Source: Candidatus Acidiferrales bacterium (GTDB lineage: Bacteria; Acidobacteriota; Terriglobia; Acidiferrales; UBA7541). From it: DNA of 64,000 nt. The notes under the pieces were generated by a model. It was not told where the DNA came from. It did not search any database and saw nothing but the letters and a program-made list of their open reading frames with translations. Position numbers and translations under genes: made by a program. The DNA is taken from contig CAWDRK010000044.1 of the NCBI GenBank assembly GCA_963804635.1, positions 150,131 to 214,130 on the forward strand. The letters run 5' to 3'. Shown in pieces: positions 20,315-31,747 of the stretch (position 1 is its first letter; each line of letters begins with the position of its first letter).

Positions 20315-20930
20315 TTAAGGCAGGTAGTAGCGGAAGGGGGTCCAGAACATATTGTCGACCGCATGAGGCGCAATGCCGGAATTGGTATTGATACCGTCGC
20401 TGCCGGACCAAGCGTGGCGCGAGACCGCCCTTTTCGCCTTGGTAAATTTTGTTCCAGAAGCCGAGGGTAACTTCGAAGAGGTAACGCGTGTCACCTGCGC
20501 AGGTGCCGCCAGTTCCTGGCGTACCAGTCCCCGCCGGGAGAACTTCGACGCTGCAACCGGAGTTGTTTGCAAAGGGCGAGCCGTAGCCGCCAATGCCGTC
20601 GGTAGAAATGGAAGTGGTGCTCAAGGCTGGATAGGCAGGCTGAATCGTTCCGGGAACGGAGCAGGGCTGTTGCCCAGCAGCGCCGCAACCTGGAATTGCT
20701 GGCGTATTGACGATTTTGACGCTCGCCTGAAGTTCTTGCTGCTGCGCTTGAAGAGTCTGACAGTTCTTCTTCCACTTCCGACGCTATTTCCGCGCTGCTC
20801 TTTGCCGCCGTCGCTTTAGCGGGCTGTGCGGTCTTGGCAGCCGCATGATTTGGAGCGTCTTTGGGTGAATCAGCAAGCGCGGTTCCGGCGTTAAGGAACA
20901 GCGATAGTGCGAGTGACGCGAGTTTTTTCC
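20315..20930 (-). pseudogene. Internally deleted, frameshifted outer-membrane beta-barrel/porin-like gene remnant
   Basis: Signal-like KKLASLALSLFLNAGTALA and coiled-coil QTLQAQQQELQ, then GFWNKIYQG and DNMFWTPFRYYLP* in different frames; no start codon; about 620 bp. Confidence 0.65.
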
Positions 20931-21218
20931 TTGCCTCTCTTTTGTTGCAGAATGCAGACGAAACAGGGGAGACACGTCGCCTCGTGGAGGCTTGCGTTGG
21001 AGACTCTTACGCCGATGTCAATGGAAGCGATGGATAGCCGTAACAATCGGGCAGACAGGGTCTGCATCTGGAGTGTTTCAGGCCGTCATTTCAAGGTTAA
21101 AGAGTCGCAACAATGCTAGCGCCTCCTGACGTGTCAGAACAAGAGCGAGACCGAAATCAGGACGCTAAAAGAACATTTCAGAGAGTTTTTTGTAGAGCTT
21201 CAAAAATGGAACAGTGGG

Positions 21219-22559
21219 CTAGCGCATTATGCCCATCTGGTACGCGAGGAAAATTTGCGAGACTCCGTATTGATAGCGGGCGTCCGTATCGTCAATGTCA
21301 GCTTCGGTTTTTTGTAATTCGGCCTGACTTAATTCGACGATAGTGGCGAGTCCGAGCTTGTAGCGCGCCTGGGACAATTCCAGCGCCAGTTGCGCTTCAT
21401 CGCGAAGTTGCTGAGTAACGGAAAGGCGTTCGTAAGCCTTTTCGGTGTCGAGCCAGGTATTGCGGACATCGCGTGCAACATTGTTTTGCAGATCCTGCAG
21501 GCGTTTGCGTTTCACTTCGGTATCCAGATCGGCGCTTTTTGCGCGCGCGTTGAACAGGAAACCATTAAAGACGGGAATGTTGATGTTCACACCGCCGGCG
21601 CCGTACCAGTTTGTAATGTTGTCGTTTCGAATTGGTGCTGCGCCGACCACGCCGATCGCGGATACCGTGGGCCACCACAGGTCGTGTTCCGCCTTGCTGA
21701 ATTTTGTGGCAGCGGTCACTTCATCTTGGAGCGATCGTACCTCCGGACGCTGGTTGAGTGCTTGTTGAATCAGCGGGGCGGCATCAACCGCGGGCGGCGT
21801 ATTTTGAGATGCAGGCTCGACGGGCGCGAAATCCTGGCGGTCGGGATAACCGAGAATAGCGGAAAGGGTGGAGAGGGAGGCCTCGTAGCTGTTTTGGGAT
21901 TCCAGGAGCAGGAGCTTGGCGCGGGCGAAGTCCACCTTGCTGAAGCTCAAATCGACATCGGATTTCAATTTGGCGTTGGTGAGAGCCTGCACCTGGTCAA
22001 CGAGGTCCTGCCTGGCTTTCACGGTGTCTTCGGCTACATGGAGAAGCGCTTTCGTCTCGAGTGTGTTGTAGAAAGCTTCGTCCACGGCCAGAACAATTTG
22101 CTGCTGAGTGGCAATGGCGTTCTGGTCCTGCGCTTTGGCCTGAAATACGGAATTGGCGACCAGGTTTTGTGTGCGGCCAAAATCGGTGATCAGCTGGCTC
22201 ACGGTGGCGCCGGCAGCAACCCTGGGATACACGGTTGGATTGTTCAGGAAGCCCGCGGAAATGCGGCTGCCGGGATCGGAGCCTACGGCAGTCACGCTCA
22301 AGCCCACTTGAGGGTAGAGCGCCGCGCGGGCCTCGCGAGTAAATTCGTGCGCTTGCAACGCCTGCAACTTACCAACGGTTATCTGCGGATTGTTCTTGAT
22401 GGCGGTGGCTTCCGCCTCCTGCAAAGTGATTTGGCGAGTAGCAGGAGTAGTCGTGGTCGATGGAGAAGCGGACGCGGGAGTCGGTGGCGTCTGTTGCGCC
22501 ATCGACGGAGCCACAGACACAGCGAGTAGGATTGCCGCCACCCGAACGAACTGCTTCAC
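21219..22559 (-). CDS. TolC family outer-membrane efflux protein
   Basis: GTG start overlapping RND stop (GTGA); signal peptide; ITLQEA..AIKNNP, ALNQRPE, NIPVFNG, RYKLGLATIVEL. Confidence 0.9.
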   Translation of the reverse strand: MKQFVRVAAILLAVSVAPSMAQQTPPTPASASPSTTTTPATRQITLQEAEATAIKNNPQITVGKLQALQAHEFTREARAALYPQVGLSVTAVGSDPGSRISAGFLNNPTVYPRVAAGATVSQLITDFGRTQNLVANSVFQAKAQDQNAIATQQQIVLAVDEAFYNTLETKALLHVAEDTVKARQDLVDQVQALTNAKLKSDVDLSFSKVDFARAKLLLLESQNSYEASLSTLSAILGYPDRQDFAPVEPASQNTPPAVDAAPLIQQALNQRPEVRSLQDEVTAATKFSKAEHDLWWPTVSAIGVVGAAPIRNDNITNWYGAGGVNINIPVFNGFLFNARAKSADLDTEVKRKRLQDLQNNVARDVRNTWLDTEKAYERLSVTQQLRDEAQLALELSQARYKLGLATIVELSQAELQKTEADIDDTDARYQYGVSQIFLAYQMGIMR

Positions 22560-25500
22560 GACGCCACCTCCGGGACATGGGCCTGTTTTCTTCCGTGAAT
22601 GATCAGATAGACCGCGGGCACGAGAAAGACGGTGACAACTACGGAAACTGCCAGGCCGCCGATCACCGCGCGCGCCAGAGGCGCATATTGTTCGCTGCCA
22701 GCCTCGATGCCAAGGGCCATGGGAATCAAGCCGAGCAACGTCGCGAGCGAAGTCATGAGAATCGGGCGCAAGCGAACTTTGCACGCTTCCACGACCGCTT
22801 GCTTGAGCGGCAGGCCGCGGCTGTGCAGGATGCCGGAGAATTCGACAATCAAAATGCTATTGGAGACCACAATGCCGGTCATCATGATCACGCCCATCAG
22901 GGACATGATGTTCAGAGTGGTGCCGGTCATCCAAAGAATAATGAGCACGCCGGCGAGTCCCGGAGGGATGGCGGTGAGAATGATGAACGGATCGATGAAA
23001 GAACGGAACTGCGCCATGAGAATGAGATAAACCAGGATGACAGCGAGAAGCAGACCGAGAGCGAAACGAAGGAAGGACTGATTCATGCCGACGACCGCGC
23101 CTTGCACACGAATGGTGGCATTTTTGGGAAGCGTCAAGCCCTTCAGAAGATGATTGACCTCATTGTTGACGCCGCTGAGGTCCTCGGTGCGAGGCATGAC
23201 GTAAATATCGACGACGCGCCGGATCTGGTAGTGATCGACTTCGGTGGGAGTGTTGATCGGCTCGATTTTCGCGACAGACTGCAAGGGCGTGTAGGAGGCA
23301 TTTTTTGGTGCACGCAAGGGAATATTGCGGAAATCCGTCATGGTCATGGTGTCGACTTTTTCGTTGGAGTATTGCACCGTGAGCATGTAGTTGTTGCCGG
23401 TTTTGGGATCGATCCAGTAACTGGGAGCGATCATGCCGTCGGAAGTGAGCGCGGTGATGACATTGTCGACGACATCGCGCGGGGTAAGGCCGAGCAGGCT
23501 GGCTTGTTGCCGATCGATGTTGAGTTCCAGGCCTGGGAAATCGATCGCCTGCGGGATCAGCACGTCGCTGACAAGCTTGGAGCCTTTGAGTTGCAGCGCG
23601 AGATTGCGCGCGATGCTGTAACCTTCGTCCAAATTATTGTCGCTGACTTGAATGTCCAGAGGCGCGGGTAAACCCTGATTCACGACCGAATCGACAAGGC
23701 CGCCGGCCTGCAGATAGATGCTGAGTTGCGGAAGATCGCTGGCCAGCTTTTCGCGCACGCGCTCCATATATTCGTAGCTTCCAACTTTGTGATCTTCGCG
23801 CAAGTTAATTTGCACAAAGGCGGTATCCATTGCGGAGTTGCTGGTGTAGATGGCGGAAAGGTCGGGAGTAATGCCGATATTGGAAACAATCATTTCCAGA
23901 TCGCTTTTGGGGATGACGGAGCGGATATCGCGCTCAACCTGCGCAATGTATTTGTCGGAGACTTCCAGGCGGGTGCCGGAGGGCGCCTTGACGTTGATGA
24001 CGAATTGACCGGGATCGGTGCGTGGGAAGTAGGCGCGTCCGACAAAGGGAAAAAGAATGGCGAAGAGCACCACAATGGAGGCGAGGATGTAAATCGCGGT
24101 ACGGCCGGGGCGTTCCAGGGCGCGCGTCACCTTTCGTTCGTAATAATTCAAAAGGCGCTGGAAGAACTCGTTGAACTTGTGGACCACTTTGCTCAGCGAA
24201 CCTTTGGGACTTTCGTGGCTCTCTTCTCCGTGGGCATCGAGGCGGATGAAATAGGCGCAGTAGAGAGGAACGACGGTCATGGCAAAAATGTAGGAAGCGA
24301 AAATGGAAATGACTACGCCGAGAGCCAGGTCCGCGAAGAGGTAGCGGCTGACGCCGTAGAAGAAACTGACTGGGAAAAAGACGATGGAGGTGGTCGAAGT
24401 GGCGGCGAGCACGGCGAGAGCGACTTCCATGCCGCCTTTTTCCGCGGCTTCGTGAGGAGCCACGCCCTGCTCCATGAACCGAAAGATATTTTCGAGGACC
24501 ACGACGGAGTCGTCGATCAAGCGGGAAAAGGCGAGCGCCAAGCCTCCGAGAAGCATGGTGTTGATGGAACCGCCCATGGCGTTCATCACCAGGAAACAGG
24601 TCAGGGCAGAGAGGGGAATAGAGAGAAGCACGGCAAATGTGGCGCGCGGGCTTCCCAGAAACAACAGAATCATCAAAGCAGTGAGCGCAAGACCGATGCC
24701 ACCTTCTTTCAACAGGTTGACTACCGCGGTTTTTACGAAGATGGATTGATCGAAGACCACAGCAGTCTTCAGCACATCCGGGACGTCGACCAGATCTTTG
24801 ATGGCTTCCTTGATTCCGTTGACGATGGCGATGGTGTTGCTATCCCCGCCCTGCTTCAAAATCGGGATGTACACGGATTTTTGTCCGTCAATCCTGACAA
24901 TGTTGGTCTGAATGGCGCCGGCGTCTTCTGCTTTACCGACGTCAGCGACCAACACCGAGCCGAGGCCGACGCTCTTGAGAGGGACCTGGTTGATCTCCTC
25001 GACTTTTGGAACTTGGCTGTTGGCGTAAATGTTGTAGTCGCGGTTGCCAATGCGCACGTCTCCCGCCGGCAGAATCAAGTTGGAACTGATTAATGGCGTT
25101 GACCACATCCATGAGGCTCAGTTGGTGAGCTTCGAGCTTCACGGATCGACAAATACCTGGATCTGCCGGTACGTTCCTCCAAACGGTTGCGGCACCGAAG
25201 CCCCCGGCACATTGGCGACCTGATTCCTGACCTGGAATTGCGCCAGATCCTTGAGCTGCGTTTCGCTGAGTCCCTGGCCTTTCAGGGTGAGCAGGCAAAC
25301 CGGCAGGCTCGAGGCGTCGAACTTCAGCACCACGGGGGGCAGCGTTCCGGGCGGAAGTCGTCGCAAGTCGGCCATCGCGAGATTGGCAATGTTGCTGAAT
25401 GCGGCGTTGGCATCCGTTCCGGGTTGAAAATAGATTTTGATGAGGCTAACGCCGGTGAGGGAGCGCGACTCGATGTGGTCGATGTTGCTGCCAAGGGTAA

Positions 25501-25705
25501 AGAATCGTTCGAAGGTGTTGGTAATGTCCGCTTCGATTTGTTGCGGAGGCATGCCGGCGTAAAACGTCGCGACCACAACCACGGGGATGTTGATCTGCGG
25601 GAACAAGTCCACCGGCATGCGCACCATGGTGGTCACACCCACCACCGCGACCACCAGGCAAACCATGATGATGAAATACGGATATGCAAGGGCAAACTTC
25701 GGCAT
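22556..25705 (-). CDS. RND efflux permease, copy B (two compensating indels near 25083 and 25142)
   Basis: MPVDLFPQINIP, IDDSVVVLENI, VSNSILIVEF, RLRPILMTSLAT; both ORF parts share a frame and the segment between them is shifted. Confidence 0.88.
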
Positions 25706-25707
25706 TA

Positions 25708-25800
25708 CTAGCCTCCCGAGGCGGCGTGCTCGCCGGCATCAACTTCGCTTGGTCGCCATCCGAGGGAACGCACGGTTGTCTGCAGCTGCACCTGACTCAC
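25708..25800 (-). CDS. 30-aa ORF coupled to both RND genes (MSQVQLQTTVRSLGWRPSEVDAGEHAASGG)
   Basis: GTG overlaps RND-A stop (GTGA) after GGAGG; ends TAG-TAATG at RND-B start. Confidence 0.5.
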   Translation of the reverse strand: MSQVQLQTTVRSLGWRPSEVDAGEHAASGG

Positions 25801-28800
25801 GCCTGGACCTCCGCCATCCGTCTCCTACCGTGAATCACCAGGTACACCGCCGGCACCAGAAATACGGTCAAGACCACAGACACACCCAGACCGCCGATCA
25901 TCGCGCGGGCCAGCGGCGCATATTGTTCGCTGCCAGCCTCGATTCCCAGAGCCATGGGCAACAAGGCCAGCAGCGTCGCGAGCGAGGTCATCAAGATGGG
26001 ACGCAAGCGCACTTTGCAGGCTTCCACCACCGCTTCCTTTAATGCCATTCCTCGCTCATGCAAGATTCCGGAAAATTCCACGATCAAGATACTGTTGGAC
26101 ACCACGATGCCGGTCATCATGATCACGCCCATCAGCGACATGATGTTCAGCGTTGTGCCGGTCATCCACAGAAACATGACCGAACCCGCCAGTCCCGGCG
26201 GGATCGCCGTCAGGATGATGAAGGGATCGATGAAGGAGCGGAATTGCGCCATCAGAATGAGGTACACCAGAACGATGGAGAGCAGCAGACCCACACCAAA
26301 GCGAGCGAATGATTGGCTCATGCCGACGACCGCGCCCTGCACTCTGACGCGCGCATTCTTGGGCAAGTAAGACCCTTGAGCATGTGCTGCACCTCGCTGT
26401 AGACGCCGCTCAGATCCTCGCTCTTAGGCATCACAAAAACATCGACGACGCGGCGAATCTGATAGTGGTCGACTTCGGTAGGTGTATTGATGGGCACGAT
26501 CCTGGCGACCGATTCCAGAGGTGTATACGAGGACGAAGTGGCGGCCCGCAGAGGGATGTTTCGAAAGTCCGACATGGTCATGGAATCGATTTTTTCGTTG
26601 AAATACTGCACCGTGAGCATGTAGTTGTTTCCGCTCTTCGGATCGATCCAGTAGCTGGGTGCGATCATGCCGTCGGAAGTGAGGGCCGTGATGACATTGT
26701 CCACCACATCTTTGGGGGTCAATCCCAGCAGACTGGCTTGTTCACGGTCGATATTTAATTCCAGTCCCGGATAGTCGATATCCTGAGGAATCAGCACATC
26801 GCTGACGCGCTTTGAGCCTTTGAGCTGCAGGGCGATTTTTCTCGCGATGCCATATCCTTCCGCCAGGTCGTTATCGCTCACCTGAATGTCCAGCGGCGCC
26901 GGCAAACCCTGGTTCACCACCGAATCCACCAGGCCCCCCGCTTGAAAGTAGGTACTCAATTCCGGCAGGTCGTTCGCTAGTTTCCGGCGCAGGCGTTCCA
27001 TGTACTGCGTAGCTTCCCAGGCGTGATCTTCCGTAAGGTTCACTTGCACAAACGCCGTGTGCATGGCGGAATTTCTGGTATAAATGGCCGAAAGATCCGG
27101 TGTAATGCCAATATTGGACACAATCATCTCCAGGTCGTGCTTCGGGATCACTGAGCGAATATCGTCCTCCACCCGGGCGACATACTTGTCGGTCACTTCC
27201 AACCGCGTGCCGGTTGGAGCTTTAAGGCTGATCACGAATTGTCCAGGATCGGTTCGCGGGAAATAGGCGCGGCCCACGAACGGAAAAACCAACGCCACGG
27301 CGAGCACGATCCCACCGAGAAGGTACGCCGCGGTCCTTCCCGGCTTCACCAGCGCGCGGGTCACAGTACTTCTCGTAATAGGCCAGCAGCTTCTGGAATA
27401 CCGAGTTGAATCGATGAACGATCTTCGAAAGCGCGCCTCCTTATTTGCCTGGGCTGCTTTTCCATGTGGGCGAATGCGGATGAAGTGCGCGCAGTACAGA
27501 GGCACGACGGTAAGCGCAAAAATATAGGAAGCAAAGATCGATAAGCACCACTCCCAGCGCCAGATCAGTGAACAGGTAGCGGCTGACGCCGAAGAAAAGC
27601 GTCACCGGGAAAAACACGATCGACGTAGTGCAGGTCGCCGCGAGTACCGCGAGGGCGATTTCCGAACCGCCTTTTTCCGCTGCCTCCGTCGGCGAGGCTC
27701 CCTGCTCCATGAAGCGGAAGATGTTCTCCAGCACCACGACGGAATTGTCGATAAGCCGAGAAAAGGCCAGCGCCAGGCCGCCCAGAAGCATGGTATTAAT
27801 CGACCCGCCCATGCCGTTGATCACCAGAAAACAAGCCAGCGCCGAAAGAGGAATGGAGAGCAGCACGGCGAACGTCGCGCGTGGGCTTCCCAGGAACAGC
27901 AAAATCATCAATCCGGTAAGCAGCAGACCGATGCCGCCTTCCTTCAGAAGGTTCGTGAGAGCGGTTTTAACGAAAATGGACTGGTCAAACACCACGGCGG
28001 TCTTCAAAACGTCTGGCACATCGACCAGGTGCTTGGTGGCTTCTTTGACGCCGTTGACGATCGCGATGGTGTTACTGTCCCCTCCCTGTTTCAGCACCGG
28101 AATATAGACCGATCGTTGTCCATCGATTCGCACGATGTTCGTCTGGATCGCTCCGGCATCTTCGGCTTTGCCGACGTCGGCGACCAAGACGGAACCGAGG
28201 CCGACGGTCTTCAAGGGGAATCTTGTTGACGTCTCCGGAGTTGGCGACCTGGCTATTGGCGTAAATGTTGTAGTCGCGATTGCCAATGCGCACGTCTCCG
28301 GCGGGCAGAATCAGGTTCGAATCGTTGACGGCTTGCACCACGTCCATCAGGCTGAACTGATGCGCCTCGAGCTTCACCGGGTCGACGTACACCTGGATCT
28401 GCCGGTAAGTTCCGCCAAAGGGCTGCGGCACCGAAGCGCACCTTTACGTTGGCAACCTGATTGCGCACCTGAAATTGCGCCAGATCTTTCAATTGGGTTT
28501 CATTCAGACCCTGGCCCTTTAGCGTGATCAGGCACACCGGCAGACTGGCAGCGTCGAATTTCAGCACTACCGGTGGGAGGGTACCGGGTGGAATCGACGA
28601 AGGTCGGCCATCGCCAGGTTGGCGATGTTGCTGAGCGCGGCGTTGGCATTGGTTCCCGGTTTGAAATAAACCTTGATCAGGCTCACGCCGGTTAATGAGC
28701 GCGATTCGATGTGATCGATGTTGCTGCCGAGAGTGAAGAATCGCTCGAAGGTGTTGGTGATATCCGCTTCAATCTGCTGCGGTGGCATTCCGGAATAAAA

Positions 28801-28941
28801 TGTGGCCACCACGACGACAGGGATGTTGATCTGCGGGAACAAGTCCACGGGCATGCGCGCGACCGTGGTGACACCTACGACTGCCACCACCAGGCAGATC
28901 ATAATGATGAAGTAGGGATAGGCGAGGGCAAACTTGGGCAT
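25797..28941 (-). pseudogene. RND efflux permease, copy A, close paralog of copy B, broken by many single-base indels (real decay or assembly error)
   Basis: Six ORF fragments collinear with copy B (28567-28941, 28253-28567, 28072-28431, 27441-28286, 26318-27505, 25797-26366), plus short compensated shifts. Confidence 0.85.
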
Positions 28942-30187
28942 TACTTCGCTCCTGGACCGCCGGGTTGCCCGAGTTCAATTTCTTTCGGAGTGACTTTCAT
29001 TCCGGCGCGAAACTCATTGCGGCTGCCGATCACAACGCGCTCGCCGTCGGAAAGTCCGGAGAGGACTTCGACGCGGGTGCTGCCCTGCAGGCCAAGGTGT
29101 ACCTTGCGTTCCTCGAGCATATTTTGTGCGTTCACGACCAGAACAGTTCCTTCCGATCCGTTGGTTTCCACTGCTTCCAGGGGGACCGTCAGAACATCAG
29201 TCCTGGCGGCCACACCGATCTTGGCTTCCACGTACATTCCCGGTAAGAGCTTGCCGTCGGGATTCTGGAAATCGATTTCGGTTTCCATGGTGCGGGTTTG
29301 TGGGTCCAGGGCGTCAGCAAAGCGGGAAACTTTGCCGACGGAATCCTGGTTCAACGCTTGGACGTGAACCTTGACGGGATCGCCCAGGCGGATCTGGCCG
29401 GCGATGGATTCAGGAATGGGCAGGACCAATCGCAGCACGGAAATTTGCGCAATGCGGACCACGGGAGCGGACTGAGTGCTGGAGGAAGTGCCCGCGGCGA
29501 TCAAAGAACCGGTGTCGGCGTAGCGCACGGTGATGACGCCGGTAAAGGGAGCGGTGATTTTCGTGTAGTCGGAAAGCGCTTTGTACTGCTGTTGAGTGGC
29601 CACGGCGACATCGAGCGCCTGTTCCGCGGCGCTCAGGGCGGCTTGAGCGCTGGAGACTTGCGCTTCACCTTCCAAGTCCTTGGCGCGCGCATCGTCCACT
29701 TCCTGTTGGGCGACCAGCCCGGCGCGGGACTCGGAGGCTTGCGTCAATCGGTCCGCCATAGCGTGGGTGGCTTCATGAGCGGATTTTGCGCGTTGAACAT
29801 CGCCTTGAGCGCGCCGGATTTCTTCTTTGGCGCGGCGTACAGCGGCGTCGGCGCCGGATAATTCGGCGGCAAGTTCCGGAACCTCCAGGACGGCGAGGGT
29901 CTGTCCTTCCTTCACGTGCGAGCCGACATCGACGTACATGGTTTTGATGTAGCCGGCAACCTTGGCATGGAGGTCGACTTCCTGAAAGGGCTTAAAGCCG
30001 CCTGCCAATGTGAGCGGAGTGCCCAGAGTGCCGTGTCCGACCTTGACGACAGCCGCCACGGGCACGCTGGCGTGCTCGGGATTGTCAGCGCCATCGGCTT
30101 CGGTTTTTGCGTGGCGGAACAGTCCCCAGAAGGCCAGCAGTCCCACAAGGGCCACGCCGCGATCACCAGATATTTTTTGTTTGTCAT
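28941..30187 (-). CDS. RND periplasmic adaptor (MFP) with one frameshift near 30157
   Basis: MTNKKYLVIA start frame joins the VALVGLLAFW TM if one G is added; HAKVAGYI, DVGSHVKEGQ, ITAPFTGVI, LLPGMY; TAATG coupling to RND-A. Confidence 0.88.
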
Positions 30188-30326
30188 ACCTTTTCCTGCC
30201 TATGGTCAGAACGATGGATTGTGCACCGAGCCTATACCTAATGGGCTAAATGCGGAACGCGCCCGACGAGCACGGGGCGACCGAAATTTCAGAGTACTTT
30301 TGCCAGACTAGGGGTTCTAAAGAGCG

Positions 30327-30695
30327 TTACAGCGAAGGCGGGGGACGGAAACAGATGCTAGCGATCAGTTCCGGCTGCGGTGGCAGCGCTTGATCCAAGA
30401 TGATCCTGGCGGGGTATTCGGTCTGCACTACCGAGACTTTGATGGCCGTCTCTTCGACCGTTGCATCGGGTTGCGCGTACTCGGCCTGGACCGGGGGGTA
30501 ATGCTGCATTTCCGACGAACCGACAGTCGAGCGATGGCGTGCCAAGGAGGCATAAACCAGGCCGTCGGACTGAATCTTCAACGCGAAGAACGGGTTGTAG
30601 AGAATCGAGGCGATCAAGACAAGGCAGACACACACCCGCCAGATGGTAGGGGTGCCTCCCCAAGCGGGGCTGTCAGTCACTCGGATTCTCTCCAT
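30327..30695 (-). CDS. Leader-type small protein with N-terminal TM/signal and C-terminal RPPP (candidate arrest peptide)
   Basis: 122 aa; hydrophobic WRVCVCLVLIASILYNPFFAL; ends ICFRPPPSL*; 139 nt upstream of MFP on the same strand. Confidence 0.65.
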   Translation of the reverse strand: MERIRVTDSPAWGGTPTIWRVCVCLVLIASILYNPFFALKIQSDGLVYASLARHRSTVGSSEMQHYPPVQAEYAQPDATVEETAIKVSVVQTEYPARIILDQALPPQPELIASICFRPPPSL

Positions 30696-30825
30696 ACAAT
30701 AAACATAGATTAGATTCGGAATGGCCGTCAATAGGGTGCATCAAAGGTGTGTCGCAAAAAAAGGGAGGAGAAGGGACCGGAGCCAGGGGTGCAACCGGTC
30801 CCCGTGGTAGGACTTGGAGTGAAGA

Positions 30826-31626
30826 CTAAACACGTTGAGTTTCGCAAGACGGAGTCACGCCTGAATAAAGGGCGCATGAATTATCTGTGACCTCGCCTGA
30901 GCGCCGAACCACAACGTCCTCCTGCTGCTGTTCGGGAAGGAGGGTCAGACCCCGGCCGTGGCGGACATCGAGTCCGCGGACCCAGAAAATGATGTCTTCG
31001 GCGATGTTGGTGGCGTGGTCGGCGATGCGTTCGAGATGGCGCGTCGCCAGGACGAACTGCATGTCAGGCGTAACCCGGGTGACGTCCTGGGTCATGCGCT
31101 GAAGCAGGTGCTCAAAGATCCGGTCGCGATACTGATCGACCACATCGTCGCACTCCAGGACCTGCGCGGCCAACTCCGCATTGCGAAAGATCAGCGCGCC
31201 CAGGCTGCGGCTGACCATGGAGCGAACGGCTGCGGCCATGGGAGCCAGTTCCTCGGGAGTTTGCGCTTGCGGCATTTCGCGAAGAGAGATCACGCGTTCG
31301 GCGATGTTGACGGCGATATCGCCAATCCGCTCCAGATCATTGGTGATTTTCAGCGCGGCGACGATGAGGCGAGTCTCGTCTTCCGTAAACGATCCGCGGC
31401 GCAGGAGTCGAACGGCATGCTCATCAATCACGATTTCCATTTCGTTGATGCGCGGTTCGAGCAGGAAAACTTCACCGGGAAGGCTGGCGGTGCGTTGGCT
31501 CTCAAAACTGACGATGGCGTCGAGGGCACGATTCATGGCCCCTTCGACCAGGCGAGCCATGGAGATCAGGTAGTTGACCAACGTGTCGTACAACACCACT
31601 TCCGTCAACCCAGGGGCAGTAGCCAT
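30826..31626 (-). CDS. phoU: Phosphate signalling protein PhoU
   Basis: DLERIGDIAVNIA and HLERIADHATNIAE repeats; follows phoR. Confidence 0.92.
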   Translation of the reverse strand: MATAPGLTEVVLYDTLVNYLISMARLVEGAMNRALDAIVSFESQRTASLPGEVFLLEPRINEMEIVIDEHAVRLLRRGSFTEDETRLIVAALKITNDLERIGDIAVNIAERVISLREMPQAQTPEELAPMAAAVRSMVSRSLGALIFRNAELAAQVLECDDVVDQYRDRIFEHLLQRMTQDVTRVTPDMQFVLATRHLERIADHATNIAEDIIFWVRGLDVRHGRGLTLLPEQQQEDVVVRRSGEVTDNSCALYSGVTPSCETQRV

Positions 31627-31747
31627 TCAGGCCTCCGCTGCGAGGCAGCCTTAAACACCCTCGCACGCTAAGACCAGTGTGGGGTGGTGATGTTACTGCT
31701 TGTTGACGCGCAGGTGAATAAGAGGCGAAGGGAGGCGCGGCGCATAG

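Noticed and set aside
25139-28941. Programmed ribosomal frameshifting or phase variation in the RND genes
   Set aside because: Too many indels, in mixed directions, with no slippery heptamers or long simple repeats; error or decay explains them better
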